Of a DNA stretch of 64,000 nucleotides, positions 1-9,490 are shown piece by piece. Source of the stretch: an uncultured Desulfobacteraceae bacterium (GTDB taxonomy: Bacteria; Desulfobacterota; DSM-4660; Desulfatiglandales; Desulfatiglandaceae); NCBI GenBank assembly GCA_964581175.1, contig CAZONI010000005.1:22225-86224 (forward strand), read 5' to 3'. The notes below the pieces were generated by a model. That model had not been told where the DNA came from. It saw only the letters and a program-made list of their open reading frames with translations, and did no database searches. Position 1 is the stretch's first letter. Each line of letters begins with the position of its first letter. Both the position numbers and the translations under genes were made by a program.

Positions 1-343
1 CTACGAAGCATTGACACACCTGCAGCCCATTGACCCAGGAAGTTAGTGCCCATCCGCAAATAGAATTTGGGCACTAATTGGTTTCCAATCCAGAAATGAG
101 ATATCTTTACAAGGTCTAGAAAATCAAGGGATTACGCGGAGACGTACGTTAGTACGTCGCACAAGTGATCCCGCAGATTGACGATGAGATTGTGAAAAAT
201 AGCCGTTTATGGATGGAAACAAGTTAGAAATTGACAAGCATATATGAATCATACTATGTTTTCCGTATGAAACCGGTCTCCCAAGGTTGCTGTTGGTTGC
301 AGGAGACTCCGAAACTGAATCAACCGGCTATTCCCGATTTCTC

Positions 344-1003
344 ATGGATTCTTCGCGCGTGAATAATAATTGGCCATTTGCCCTGGAGGGGCTCCCATTT
401 ATCCTGATAGCAACGATTCTAACCATTTTTTTCTATGGTATCGGATTCTTTATTCTAGCCGTCCTTTCAGGATGTTTAGCCATTTTTATCGTGTTCTTTT
501 TCAGAGACCCTCACCGCACCTGTTCCTGTACTCCCAACGCGGTGGTGACCCCGGCTGACGGCCGGGTCATCAGAATTCAGCGGTTGGAAGGAAAAGAAAA
601 TCCGCTGGAAGGACCCGCCGTCCGTATCAGCGTCTTCATGAGTCTTTTCAATGTCCATGTCAATCGTATCCCAATCACCGGGATCATCCAAGGAATCGAT
701 TACCATCCCGGCAAATTTTTTTCCGCGAACCTTGACAAGGCATCGGAGCAGAATGAACGGAACAGCATCGTTCTGGAAACCATGAATGAAAGGCGAATCG
801 TAGTGAGGCAGATCGCGGGACTCATTGCCAGAAGGATTGTCTGTTGGGCAAAGGAAGGCGACCGGGTACAAACAGGCCAGCGGTTTGGTCTCATCCGATT
901 TGGATCCCGGCTTGATGTCTTTCTTCCGGAAGATGCCGAGGTCATCGTCCAGGCCGGGCAACGGGTGAAGGCGGGCCAAACCATCATTGGATACGTATCA
1001 TGA
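344..1003 (+). CDS. psd: phosphatidylserine decarboxylase proenzyme (short Psd type)
   Basis: ORF 287..1003, first ATG at 344. N-terminal TM segments. C-terminal GLIRFGSRLDVFLP matches the Psd self-cleavage (G-S) region. Stop overlaps the pssA start (ATGA at 1000-1003). Confidence 0.85.
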   Translation: MDSSRVNNNWPFALEGLPFILIATILTIFFYGIGFFILAVLSGCLAIFIVFFFRDPHRTCSCTPNAVVTPADGRVIRIQRLEGKENPLEGPAVRISVFMSLFNVHVNRIPITGIIQGIDYHPGKFFSANLDKASEQNERNSIVLETMNERRIVVRQIAGLIARRIVCWAKEGDRVQTGQRFGLIRFGSRLDVFLPEDAEVIVQAGQRVKAGQTIIGYVS

Positions 1004-1824
1004 GACGAAAACGAAAGAAACGACCACGAAACAGCAGGAGAAAGGGCATCTATGTCCTGCCGAACCTCTTTACCTCTGCCAGTCTCTTCGGCGGATTTTA
1101 TGCCATCATTGCGGCGATACAGGGTAAATTCCCGCTTGCCGCCACAGCGATCCTCATCGCGTGCGTCTTTGACGCTCTGGATGGAAGGATAGCCCGCTTC
1201 ACCCGGACATCAAGCGTCTTTGGTTCTGAATACGACTCCCTTTCCGATCTAGTGGCCTTTGGGGTCGCCCCTGGAGTTTTGGCTTTCCTGTGGGCCTTGA
1301 AACCTTTTGGAAGGCTGGGATGGTTGGCATCATTCATGTATGTCATCTGCGGCGCTCTTCGCCTGGCACGTTTCAATGCCCAGAAAGACACGGTTGAGGC
1401 GAACTACTTCAAAGGCCTCCCGATCCCCGGAGCGGCGAGCCTTATAGCCTCTCTCGTCCTTTTTGCGTCCGCGCTGGGAGATATTCCGGAAGGATCGAAA
1501 CACATTCTGATCATCCTTCTCATTTATGTCCTTTCATTCCTGATGGTAAGCACCGTCCAGTACCCCAGTTTTAAAGGGCTGGAGTTCAAGCATAGAAAAT
1601 CATTCAATGTTCTTGTTTCAATTATATTGGTTGCCCTGGTTATTGCGTATAAGCCGAGAGTTATGCTCTTTTTTGTCCTGGCTGCCTATGCCCTCTCGGG
1701 TCCCGTTATCACCATGTACCGCTTACGGGCCAAACGTGCCGCACTGAAGGAGGCCGCGAATGAATCTATGCCTTCGGTGAAAAAGGAATCTCCCAACACA
1801 AAAGAAGACGGTGCCTCCCGGTAG
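1000..1824 (+). CDS. pssA: CDP-diacylglycerol--serine O-phosphatidyltransferase
   Basis: 274-aa multi-TM protein with the CDP-alcohol phosphatidyltransferase motif (DALDGRIAR...SEYDSLSDLV). Translationally coupled to psd. Confidence 0.85.
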   Translation: MRRKRKKRPRNSRRKGIYVLPNLFTSASLFGGFYAIIAAIQGKFPLAATAILIACVFDALDGRIARFTRTSSVFGSEYDSLSDLVAFGVAPGVLAFLWALKPFGRLGWLASFMYVICGALRLARFNAQKDTVEANYFKGLPIPGAASLIASLVLFASALGDIPEGSKHILIILLIYVLSFLMVSTVQYPSFKGLEFKHRKSFNVLVSIILVALVIAYKPRVMLFFVLAAYALSGPVITMYRLRAKRAALKEAANESMPSVKKESPNTKEDGASR

Positions 1825-1829
1825 ACTTT

Positions 1830-2393
1830 ATGAAAATCACCGGCGGTGAGGTCAGGGGAAGGCTTCTTGCAGCCGTGAAAGGCTACGCCATCAGACCGAC
1901 CTCAGACCGGGTCAGGGAGGCCATTTTCGATCTGATAGGGCACCAATTGGACGGAAAGCGGGTCCTCGATCTGTTTGCGGGCACAGGGAGCCTGGGGCTG
2001 GAGGCCTTGAGCAGGGGGGCTTCGGAAGCCCTGTTCGTGGATTATTCGCCTCATGCTCTGGAACTCCTCAGAAAGAACATCGAAAGGTGTGGATTCGCCC
2101 ATTGCAGCAAGATTATGAGGAGGGATTTGCGCAGAGCGCCCCCGGGGAGATATCCGTACGGAAAGGATTCATTCCACCTCGTGTTTATGGATCCGCCGTA
2201 TCGGCAGAACCTGATACCGCTGGCGGCCGGGCGTCTGGCAAGGTTTCTCCATCTCTCTTCCGGGGCCTTGCTGGTTGCTGAATGTTCAAAAAACGAAATC
2301 CTTCCTTCATCGATGAACCCATTTGTCATGAGTGATGCACGGATGTACGGTGACACAAAAATTACTATCTATACATACGAGGTTTCGGAATGA
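1830..2393 (+). CDS. rsmD: 16S rRNA (guanine966-N2)-methyltransferase
   Basis: RPTSDRVREAIFDLIG, LDLFAGTGSLGLEALSRGA and DPPY motifs. Classic rsmD-coaD pairing with an ATGA overlap at 2390. Confidence 0.8.
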   Translation: MKITGGEVRGRLLAAVKGYAIRPTSDRVREAIFDLIGHQLDGKRVLDLFAGTGSLGLEALSRGASEALFVDYSPHALELLRKNIERCGFAHCSKIMRRDLRRAPPGRYPYGKDSFHLVFMDPPYRQNLIPLAAGRLARFLHLSSGALLVAECSKNEILPSSMNPFVMSDARMYGDTKITIYTYEVSE

Positions 2394-2887
2394 ACGGGAA
2401 ATCTGCTATTTATCCAGGGACTTTTGATCCGATTACAAACGGCCATCTCAGTATTGTAAATCGTGCATCAACCATATTTGATAAATTGATCATCGCCATT
2501 CTAAATAATCCTCAAAAAAAACCTCTCTTTACCATAAAAGAGCGAATAGACATGATAACCGAAAGCCTCAACGGCGCATCCAACGTGGAGATAGACACCT
2601 TTGACGGGCTCTTGGTGGACTATGCGGTCCAAAAGAGGGCTAATGTAATTCTGCGGGGGTTGAGAGCACTTTCCGATTTCGAGTATGAATTTCAGATGGC
2701 ACTTATGAATAGAAAGTTGAACAGGGAAATACAGTCCATTTTTCTCATGACCGATTACAAGTGGTTTTACATCAGTTCCACGATTATCAAAGAGGCTGCG
2801 AGCCTGGGTGGCGACACCAGCGGGCTTGTGCCGGAAATCGTGGATAGGAGACTCAAAGAAAAATTCAATTTTGCAAAAAATACTTGA
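2390..2887 (+). CDS. coaD: phosphopantetheine adenylyltransferase
   Basis: N-terminal YPGTFDPITNGH nucleotidyltransferase motif. Size of 165 aa is typical. Confidence 0.9.
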   Translation: MNGKSAIYPGTFDPITNGHLSIVNRASTIFDKLIIAILNNPQKKPLFTIKERIDMITESLNGASNVEIDTFDGLLVDYAVQKRANVILRGLRALSDFEYEFQMALMNRKLNREIQSIFLMTDYKWFYISSTIIKEAASLGGDTSGLVPEIVDRRLKEKFNFAKNT

Positions 2888-2977
2888 CACTTCTTTTGCC
2901 ATGAGCAATAGTGCAAGGTCAAAAGACTGAAATTAATAAGTATTATCGCTGAAAGCACCAGACGAGGAGGATGAAAA

Positions 2978-3271
2978 GTGGCCCTGACGAAAGAAAAGAT
3001 TATCAGCAGCATTTATCATCAGGTTGGACTGAGCAAAAATCGTTCCAGGCTTGTCGTCGAGACGCTTTTTGAGATCATGAAACAGACTTTGGAGCAGGGA
3101 GAAGACCTCCTGGTCAGTGGTTTTGGTAAGTTCGTGGTGAAGGAAAAATCAGCTCGGAGAGGAAGGAACCCCCAGACCACGGAGGATCTCCAACTGAGGG
3201 CCAGAAGAGTAGTAGTTTTCAAGACTTCCGGCGTGTTGAGAAACAAAGTGAACCAAGGCCCTAAAGACTGA
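2978..3271 (+). CDS. ihfA: integration host factor alpha / HU-family DNA-binding protein
   Basis: [37 protein letters not shown] is the IHF/HU beta-arm signature. GTG start preceded by GAGGAGG. Confidence 0.7.
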   Translation: MALTKEKIISSIYHQVGLSKNRSRLVVETLFEIMKQTLEQGEDLLVSGFGKFVVKEKSARRGRNPQTTEDLQLRARRVVVFKTSGVLRNKVNQGPKD

Positions 3272-4055
3272 CAATAAAAGCCTCTTCGAACCCCATATCC
3301 TCCAGTTTTTTTTCCATCTTCCCTGCCTCCTGCAAGGTAGGGGATTTCGACACCCTTAACCGGTAGACGGAGATGCCGTCAGGTGTTTGAAAGACAGTAA
3401 TATGAACATAGTCAAATAATACTTTCAACCGATTTGCCAGCCTCAAAGCGTTCTCTCTCTCGCGAAATGCGCCCACCTGCACCGTGAAATTTCCTCTTGC
3501 TAGATCTCTTGCTTCAACTACCGCCTCTTTGCCGAATTTCGAATCATGTTCTCCAACTTGTCTCCCCAAGGCTTCTATCCGCACCCGTGCAATACCAGGT
3601 CCGATCAAGTCAATATCCTTGGCGGCCGCATAGGAAAGGTCGATCACCCTTCCCTTTATAAAAGGGCCGCGGTCATTTATTCTTACGACCGTCTGCCTCC
3701 CATTTTCCAGGTTGCGGACCTGCACATAGGTCCCGAGCGGCAGTGTTTTGTGTGCCGCGGTCCTTTCGTACATATTATATGCGGTTCCACTGGCCGTGGG
3801 TTTTCCGTGAAAATCGCTCCCATACCATGAGGCTTCTCCTGTCTGAACAAAACCAAGGCAATCAGGAAGTGGATAGTACCGTTCTCCGTTAATGATATAG
3901 GGCTTGAAACTCGCACCTTTTTTTTTAGGTGATACGACGGTTGTCTTCTTTCCTGGCGGTGGCGCCCATACAACATGGTCCCTCGGTCCGGCGCAGGAAA
4001 AAACGAAGAACAGCAGGACCAAGAGGAGTGGAAAAAAAGATTTATTCACGTGCAT
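3261..4055 (-). CDS. rlpA: septal-ring lytic transglycosylase RlpA-family lipoprotein with C-terminal SPOR domain
   Basis: ORF 3261..4250, start moved to ATG 4055 ([23 protein letters not shown] lipoprotein signal). DPBB core GEASWYG...TASG...[10 protein letters not shown]...[20 protein letters not shown]-like tail FTVQVGAF... Confidence 0.8.
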   Translation of the reverse strand: MHVNKSFFPLLLVLLFFVFSCAGPRDHVVWAPPPGKKTTVVSPKKKGASFKPYIINGERYYPLPDCLGFVQTGEASWYGSDFHGKPTASGTAYNMYERTAAHKTLPLGTYVQVRNLENGRQTVVRINDRGPFIKGRVIDLSYAAAKDIDLIGPGIARVRIEALGRQVGEHDSKFGKEAVVEARDLARGNFTVQVGAFRERENALRLANRLKVLFDYVHITVFQTPDGISVYRLRVSKSPTLQEAGKMEKKLEDMGFEEAFIVSL

Positions 4056-4243
4056 TCTCTCCCTCGGTTGAGTATCGTAAAAAAAGCAGGCACGATTTTC
4101 ATCAGCCTCAATTCGTGCATCCCGGGTTCTCTTGTCTGGAGGGGAAAAAGCCCTCCACCACCTATGGTATTGCAGGTACCTTGCGTACAATAGTAGCAGA
4201 GACACCATTTTTTTCAACCCGATTTCTCGCATTTCGATTTTGC

Positions 4244-4272
4244 TTGACACTCTTGTGAAATTTTTCTAAAGT
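4244..4272 (+). promoter_or_regulatory. candidate sigma70-type promoter for the SDR/had/oah genes
   Basis: TTGACA (4244-4249), 17-nt spacer, TAAAGT (4267-4272). Lies about 110 nt upstream of the SDR ATG. Confidence 0.3.
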
Positions 4273-4274
4273 CC

Positions 4275-4292
4275 ACAATATAATTATATTGT
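4275..4292. promoter_or_regulatory. perfect 18-bp palindrome (candidate operator)
   Basis: ACAATATAA|TTATATTGT begins 3 nt after the candidate -10 element. Confidence 0.35.
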
Positions 4293-4381
4293 AGTCATAA
4301 TGTAATCACTTTATCCAATCGAAGAAACATACCATCTCGATAGAACAAATCAGTTCGAGCCAGGTGCGGAAAGGGAGTTCC

Positions 4382-5134
4382 ATGGATTTGGCAGATAAAA
4401 TTGCTGTTGTGACAGGAAGCAGCCGGGGAGTAGGAAGGGCTGTTGCTCTTGGTTTTGCTGCTGAAGGCGCCAACGTGGTCGTTAATTACACATCGAATCA
4501 GAATGCGGCAGACGAGGTCGTTGGCATCATTACGCGTATGGGTCGCCAGGCAATCGCTGTAAAGGCGGATGTGGCACAGAAGGATGATGTTGAACGCCTC
4601 TTCGGACAAGCCCTGGATACCTTCGGCAAAATAGATGTTCTGGTAAATAACGCAGGTTTCACACGCCCCGCGCTCATGCTCAAGATGACCGAAGAACAAT
4701 GGGATCAGGTGGTCGATATTCACATGAAAGGGGCATTTCTCTGCGCCCAGGCTGCCGGGAACCACATGAAAGGACAACAGACCGGCAAGATCATCAACGT
4801 CACGTCAGTGGCCGGTCTTGTGGGCACTGTCGGCCAGATCAATTACAGCGCGGCTAAGGGCGGCATCATCAGCATGACCAAGTCCATGGCCAGGGAACTT
4901 GCCAGATACAACGTGTGCGTCAATGTCATCTCCCTGGGTATCGTGGCGACCGACATGACCGAGAAGATCAGGACGGACGAAAAGCTCAAGGAAATTTATA
5001 TGAACAGGATCCTGCTCAAGCGCTTTGCTGAACCGGAAGATATCTCTCCAGCCTTTGTTTTTTTGGCGTCGGACGCCAGCAACTACATCACCGGCCAGCT
5101 CCTTTGCGTAGACGGCGGCTACGGCATGATCTGA
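4382..5134 (+). CDS. short-chain dehydrogenase/reductase (FabG/BadH-like 3-hydroxyacyl-thioester dehydrogenase)
   Basis: TGSSRGVGRA Rossmann motif, NNAG, S...YSAAK catalytic motif. ATG 4382 preceded by AAGGGAG. Immediately upstream of had. Confidence 0.85.
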   Translation: MDLADKIAVVTGSSRGVGRAVALGFAAEGANVVVNYTSNQNAADEVVGIITRMGRQAIAVKADVAQKDDVERLFGQALDTFGKIDVLVNNAGFTRPALMLKMTEEQWDQVVDIHMKGAFLCAQAAGNHMKGQQTGKIINVTSVAGLVGTVGQINYSAAKGGIISMTKSMARELARYNVCVNVISLGIVATDMTEKIRTDEKLKEIYMNRILLKRFAEPEDISPAFVFLASDASNYITGQLLCVDGGYGMI

Positions 5135-5213
5135 AAAATTGGGTCACGGATCGAATCTTTCACCACTGGACGACTCTCAACCATTTGAGAAGAATAACAA
5201 GGAGGCAAAAAAA

Positions 5214-6323
5214 ATGGCAGCAATACCGGACAAAATCCTGACATGGCAAATGGTTCAACCGACTGTACGCGATAGAGAAACAGGAGAGGTAATCCCCGGG
5301 AGAATTGAAAAGGCAGAACTTCCTGTTCCTGCACGGGGACCCGGAGAGGTCCTGGTGGAGGTGGCCGGATGCGGTGTCTGCCACACGGACCTCGGGTATT
5401 TTTATGATGGAGTCCCGACGGTCTCCAAACCCCCTTTGACCTTGGGTCATGAGATTGCGGGAACCGTTGTGGCCGGAGATGAGACGTGGGTAGGAAAGGA
5501 GGTCATTATTCCGGCGGTGATGCCGTGCCGTCAATGTATTCTCTGCAAGACAGGGCGGGGAAATCGGTGCCTGGACCAGAAAATGCCGGGAAACAGCCTG
5601 GGAATCTACGGCGGATTCTCCAGTCATATCCCTGTTCCCAGCATAGATCTCTGCGAAGTGAAGGAGCGGGGAGAATTTCCCCTCTCGCACCTCGCGGTGG
5701 TGGCCGATGCCGGCACCACGCCTTATCAAGCTGCCAAGCGGGCCGATTTGCAACCCGGCGACAATGTCCTTGTCATAGGCATTACAGGCGGAGTCGGTCA
5801 ATATGTGGGCCAGATTGCGAAGGCTCTTGGAGCGAAGACGGTAGTGGGTATTGCCCGGAACCAGGAGAAACTTGAGAGGGCCCTGAAATACGGCGCTGAT
5901 TTTGTGATCAACTCGACTGACAAGGATGCGAGGGCCATCTCAAAAGAATTCAGAGGCCTTTGCAAGGAGAACGGCCTTCCCTCCTTTGGATGGAAGATTT
6001 TTGAGGTAACAGGGGTTAAGGCCGGGCAGGAAATCGGCCTTGCACTCGTGGGTTTTGTGGGGAAATTGATCGTTGTGGGATTCGGCCTGAGCAAGACGGA
6101 ATATGCGATCGGGCGGCTCATGGCCTTCGACGCGGAAATTATCGGCACCTGGGGGTGCCTGCCGGAATATTACCCCATCGTCATGGATATGGTCCTGAAC
6201 AAGAAGATCGATATCGGACCGTTCGTGGAGACACGGCCCATGAGTTCTATCGTGGAAACCTTTGAAGAAGTGCACCGGGCCGGATCCCCTGCCAAACGGA
6301 TTGTCCTGACGCCTGATTTCTAA
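5214..6323 (+). CDS. had: Zn-dependent alcohol dehydrogenase family; probably 6-hydroxycyclohex-1-ene-1-carbonyl-CoA dehydrogenase
   Basis: GCGVCHTD and GHE zinc-ADH motifs, about 369 aa from ATG 5214 (AGGAGG at 5200-5205). Directly precedes the Oah/BamA gene, as in known benzoyl-CoA clusters. Confidence 0.72.
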   Translation: MAAIPDKILTWQMVQPTVRDRETGEVIPGRIEKAELPVPARGPGEVLVEVAGCGVCHTDLGYFYDGVPTVSKPPLTLGHEIAGTVVAGDETWVGKEVIIPAVMPCRQCILCKTGRGNRCLDQKMPGNSLGIYGGFSSHIPVPSIDLCEVKERGEFPLSHLAVVADAGTTPYQAAKRADLQPGDNVLVIGITGGVGQYVGQIAKALGAKTVVGIARNQEKLERALKYGADFVINSTDKDARAISKEFRGLCKENGLPSFGWKIFEVTGVKAGQEIGLALVGFVGKLIVVGFGLSKTEYAIGRLMAFDAEIIGTWGCLPEYYPIVMDMVLNKKIDIGPFVETRPMSSIVETFEEVHRAGSPAKRIVLTPDF

Positions 6324-6420
6324 CGAAGCGCTCCCGGAAACGGACGTGAAGCGCCGGGACAGGAAATTTTTGATCACCCGTGGCGAAATAGTAAACACAA
6401 CAGGAAGGAGGGAAAGAATC

Positions 6421-7557
6421 ATGAGTTTGAAATGGATGCCGAGAGACAATGAAAAGAAAGACCATCTGCTGCATACGGAAGTTCACTGGGGGACGGAGCC
6501 ACCGTGTGTGGTCTACGAAAAAAGGCCCCTGACGGACCCAAAAGGCAACGTGGTGGAAGGTCTTTACGTAGCCTGGATCCGCCTCAATAACCCGAAACAG
6601 TATAATTCTTACACCACTGAAATGGTAAAAGGGGTCATAGCCGGTTTTGAGAATGCCTCCCTTGACAGGAGCATTGTTGCAGCCGTCTTTACCGGTACCG
6701 GACCCTACTCATTCTGTACGGGGGGAAATACAAAGGAATACAGCGAGTTCTATAGCCTACGGTCCGATGAATACGGCCAGTATATGGAGCTCTTCAACCA
6801 TATGGTTGACGCGATCCTTGCGTGCAAAAAGCCTGTCATCTGCCGGGTAAACGGGATGAGAGTCGCCGGCGGCCAGGAGATAGGCATGGCCTGCGATATA
6901 GCCATTTCCTCTGACCTGGCCATCTTCGGACAGGCCGGTCCTCGGCACGGGTCCGCGCCCGACGGCGGATCATCGGACTTCCTCCCCTGGTATCTCGGGA
7001 TTGAGGATGCCATGTGGAATTGCATCTCCTGTGAAATGTGGTCCGCGTATAAAATGAAGGCAAAGACTCTCATAAGCAAAGTAGCCCCCGTGCTGAAGGT
7101 AGATGGACAGTGGGTGAGGAACCCGATGATCATTACCGACAGGTACGTGGAAGACGGAGAAATCGTATACGGCGAATACAAGAAAGGGGATGAACTGAAA
7201 GAGGCACGGGCATTTGTTAAGGAACATCAGCCAAATGCGGACTTCGAGCTTCTCGACAAGGAAGTGGACACGATCGTGTGGACCTTCGCGAATCTCTTTC
7301 CCGGCTGTCTCATCAAGTCCATTGACAGTGTGCGTGCCAAGAAGAAATTCTTCTGGGATTATTCCAAGAATTACAACCGTCATTGGCTCGCGGCCAACAT
7401 GGGCGGAGAGGCCTTCCTCGGGTTCGGCGCGTTCAATACCAAGAAAATCACCGGCAAGGATACCATAGATTTTCTGAAATTCCGCCAGAACATCGCCGAA
7501 TGCAAGACATGGGATATGGATATGTTCGCGGAAGTGTTGGGCAAGCCGCAGGAATAA
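6421..7557 (+). CDS. bamA: 6-oxocyclohex-1-ene-1-carbonyl-CoA hydrolase (ring-cleaving, BamA/Oah)
   Basis: About 378-aa atypical crotonase. Blocks recalled from Oah/BamA: NPKQYNSYTT, FCTGGNTKEY, VNGMRVAGGQEIGMACD, FGQAGPRHGSAPDGGSSDFLP. ATG 6421 follows GGAAGGAGGG. Confidence 0.85.
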   Translation: MSLKWMPRDNEKKDHLLHTEVHWGTEPPCVVYEKRPLTDPKGNVVEGLYVAWIRLNNPKQYNSYTTEMVKGVIAGFENASLDRSIVAAVFTGTGPYSFCTGGNTKEYSEFYSLRSDEYGQYMELFNHMVDAILACKKPVICRVNGMRVAGGQEIGMACDIAISSDLAIFGQAGPRHGSAPDGGSSDFLPWYLGIEDAMWNCISCEMWSAYKMKAKTLISKVAPVLKVDGQWVRNPMIITDRYVEDGEIVYGEYKKGDELKEARAFVKEHQPNADFELLDKEVDTIVWTFANLFPGCLIKSIDSVRAKKKFFWDYSKNYNRHWLAANMGGEAFLGFGAFNTKKITGKDTIDFLKFRQNIAECKTWDMDMFAEVLGKPQE

Positions 7558-7585
7558 TCATTTTTGAGCATCGTCAACTGCTCAT

Positions 7586-7624
7586 GGCAGGCCGGGTTCC
7601 TTCAGCTCTCGGCCTGCCTTTTTT
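7586..7624 (+). terminator. intrinsic terminator between oah and dch
   Basis: Perfect 9-bp stem GGCAGGCCG (7586-7594) / CGGCCTGCC (7610-7618), 15-nt loop, then TTTTTT (7619-7624). Starts 29 nt after the oah stop. Confidence 0.6.
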
Positions 7625-7666
7625 CTCTCTGTTCTCCATCGTTCCCTGAGGAAAGGAGCACGAAAC

Positions 7667-8434
7667 ATGAATTACGAATTTATCGAAACCCGTTTTGAAG
7701 AAGGCCTCGCGACCATAACTTTGAACAGGCCGCCGGTCAATATCCTCAATATAGCCATGATGCAGGAAATCAACCACTGTCTTGAGTCCTTGCAGGACGA
7801 GAAGGATGTCAAGGTGGTTCTTTTCAACGCAAAGGGAAAGTGCTTTTCCGCCGGGGTGGATGTGGGAGAGCATATGGGAGACCTTGCCCCCAAGATGATC
7901 GGTGCGTTCCACAGGATGTTCCGCCTCATGGATGCGCTCGGTGTCATGACCGTGGCCTCTGTCTTTTCCTCATGTCTCGGAGGAGGATGCGAGTTGGCCG
8001 TCTTCTGCGACCTGGCGATCGCAGCTGAAAACAGCAAGATCGGCCAACCGGAAATCCAGGTAGGGGTCTTCCCGCCGATTGCCGCCTATATCATGCCCCG
8101 GATTATAGGAAGGAAAGATGCGCTGGATCTCATTCTTTCGGGCAGAATCATATCCGCGGGCGAAGCAAGGCAGATGGGGTTGGTCAACAAAGTCGTTCCG
8201 GATCAGGAATTGGAATCGGAGACAGTTCTTTTTGTAAAGCCCTACCTGAAGCTGAGCGCCGAGGTGCTCCGGAAAACAAAGAAGGCTGTTACCTCAGGCT
8301 TGCGGGATGACCTTGAGCCCGCCCTTCAGGCGATCGAGGGGATCTACCTCAATGAACTCATGAAGACAGCAGACGCACAGGAGGGATTGAAGGCCTTCCT
8401 GGAAAAGAGAAAACCGGTTTGGAAGAATGAATAG
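7667..8434 (+). CDS. dch: enoyl-CoA hydratase/isomerase family; position and size fit cyclohexa-1,5-diene-1-carbonyl-CoA hydratase
   Basis: 255-aa crotonase fold (ITLNRPPVN...FSAGVDVGEH...GGGCELA). Adjacent to oah/had. Confidence 0.6.
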   Translation: MNYEFIETRFEEGLATITLNRPPVNILNIAMMQEINHCLESLQDEKDVKVVLFNAKGKCFSAGVDVGEHMGDLAPKMIGAFHRMFRLMDALGVMTVASVFSSCLGGGCELAVFCDLAIAAENSKIGQPEIQVGVFPPIAAYIMPRIIGRKDALDLILSGRIISAGEARQMGLVNKVVPDQELESETVLFVKPYLKLSAEVLRKTKKAVTSGLRDDLEPALQAIEGIYLNELMKTADAQEGLKAFLEKRKPVWKNE

Positions 8435-8539
8435 GGGACCCCTTGGATTTGCAGGAGAGCGACTTATATTATTTTGTAGGCGAAAAGAGCAGACTTTTCG
8501 GAAGGATTCTGACGATTCCATTGACAAGAGAGAGACGGT

Positions 8540-9358
8540 ATGAGTTCAAGGGATTATTACGAAATACTGAACCTTCATAAAGAAGCGGGACAGGATGAGA
8601 TCAGGGAGGCCTACCGGAAGCTGGCCCTGCAGTACCATCCCGACCGGAATCGTGACAATCCCGCCGCCACTTCCCGGATGAAAGAGATAAACGAAGCGTA
8701 TGCCGTTCTTTCCGATACCGAAAAACGCAGACAATATGACGGGCTCTACAGCGCGTATGGTTCTTCCGCCTACGATCATTTCAGGAATGCCTATTCCGAA
8801 CAAGACATATTCAGGGGTTCCGACATCCAGGAAATCCTGGACCAGCTCAGCAAGGCGTTCGGATTCAGGGGATTCGATGATGTTTTCCACGAGGCATACG
8901 GTCCGGGATACCGGTCGTTCGAATTTCGAAGACCGGGAGCTTTCGGGCGGGTGTTCGTCTCGTCATCCGGTAACAGGCCGGGACGCCGTAAGCCTTCCGC
9001 TCTGCAAGGAGTGCTGGGCAGGCTTGTCAAATATGGCCTCAAAAAGAAATGGGGCATTGAAATCCCTGAAAGAGGAAGAGACCTTCACGACATTGTCACC
9101 ATTTCCCCCGGGCTTGCAGTGCGAGGCGGGAAGTTCAGGTACCTCAACAGGAGTGAACAAAGGGAGTTGATCGTCACCATCCCGCCCGGGATACGGGCAG
9201 ACCAGCGTATCCGCTTGAAAGGCCTGGGGAATGAAGGAAGGGGAGGAGGAGAACCGGGAGACCTTTTCCTGCGGGTTCGGGTAAGATCCGCGTTTTTCCA
9301 GAAATTGAGGGATGTTCTGGAGCAGTTACTGGCATATCTGTCAATCAAGACCCATTGA
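8540..9358 (+). CDS. DnaJ-domain protein (CbpA-like, no zinc-finger region)
   Basis: J-domain DYYEILNL...[14 protein letters not shown]-terminal DnaJ_C-like beta domain ([20 protein letters not shown]...GDLFLRVRV). Confidence 0.8.
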   Translation: MSSRDYYEILNLHKEAGQDEIREAYRKLALQYHPDRNRDNPAATSRMKEINEAYAVLSDTEKRRQYDGLYSAYGSSAYDHFRNAYSEQDIFRGSDIQEILDQLSKAFGFRGFDDVFHEAYGPGYRSFEFRRPGAFGRVFVSSSGNRPGRRKPSALQGVLGRLVKYGLKKKWGIEIPERGRDLHDIVTISPGLAVRGGKFRYLNRSEQRELIVTIPPGIRADQRIRLKGLGNEGRGGGEPGDLFLRVRVRSAFFQKLRDVLEQLLAYLSIKTH

Positions 9359-9490
9359 TTATGAAATCGTAAGTCTGCAGGTTGTTTAGGCTGTAGACTG
9401 TCAGGCTGTCATCAGGAAGCCCCCGAGGGAACTCAGGGAGGAAGCCATTTCTGAAGTGACTGGTGAGAGGGCTTGGTACGCGCATGTGTT

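Noticed and set aside
4056-4243. A possible third copy of the X/Y element (GCCCTCCACCACCTATGGTAT and TACCTTGC near 4150-4190).
   Set aside because: The similarity consists only of short scattered words with different spacing and order. A simple GGAGGG-loop-CCCTCC hairpin explains the local structure.
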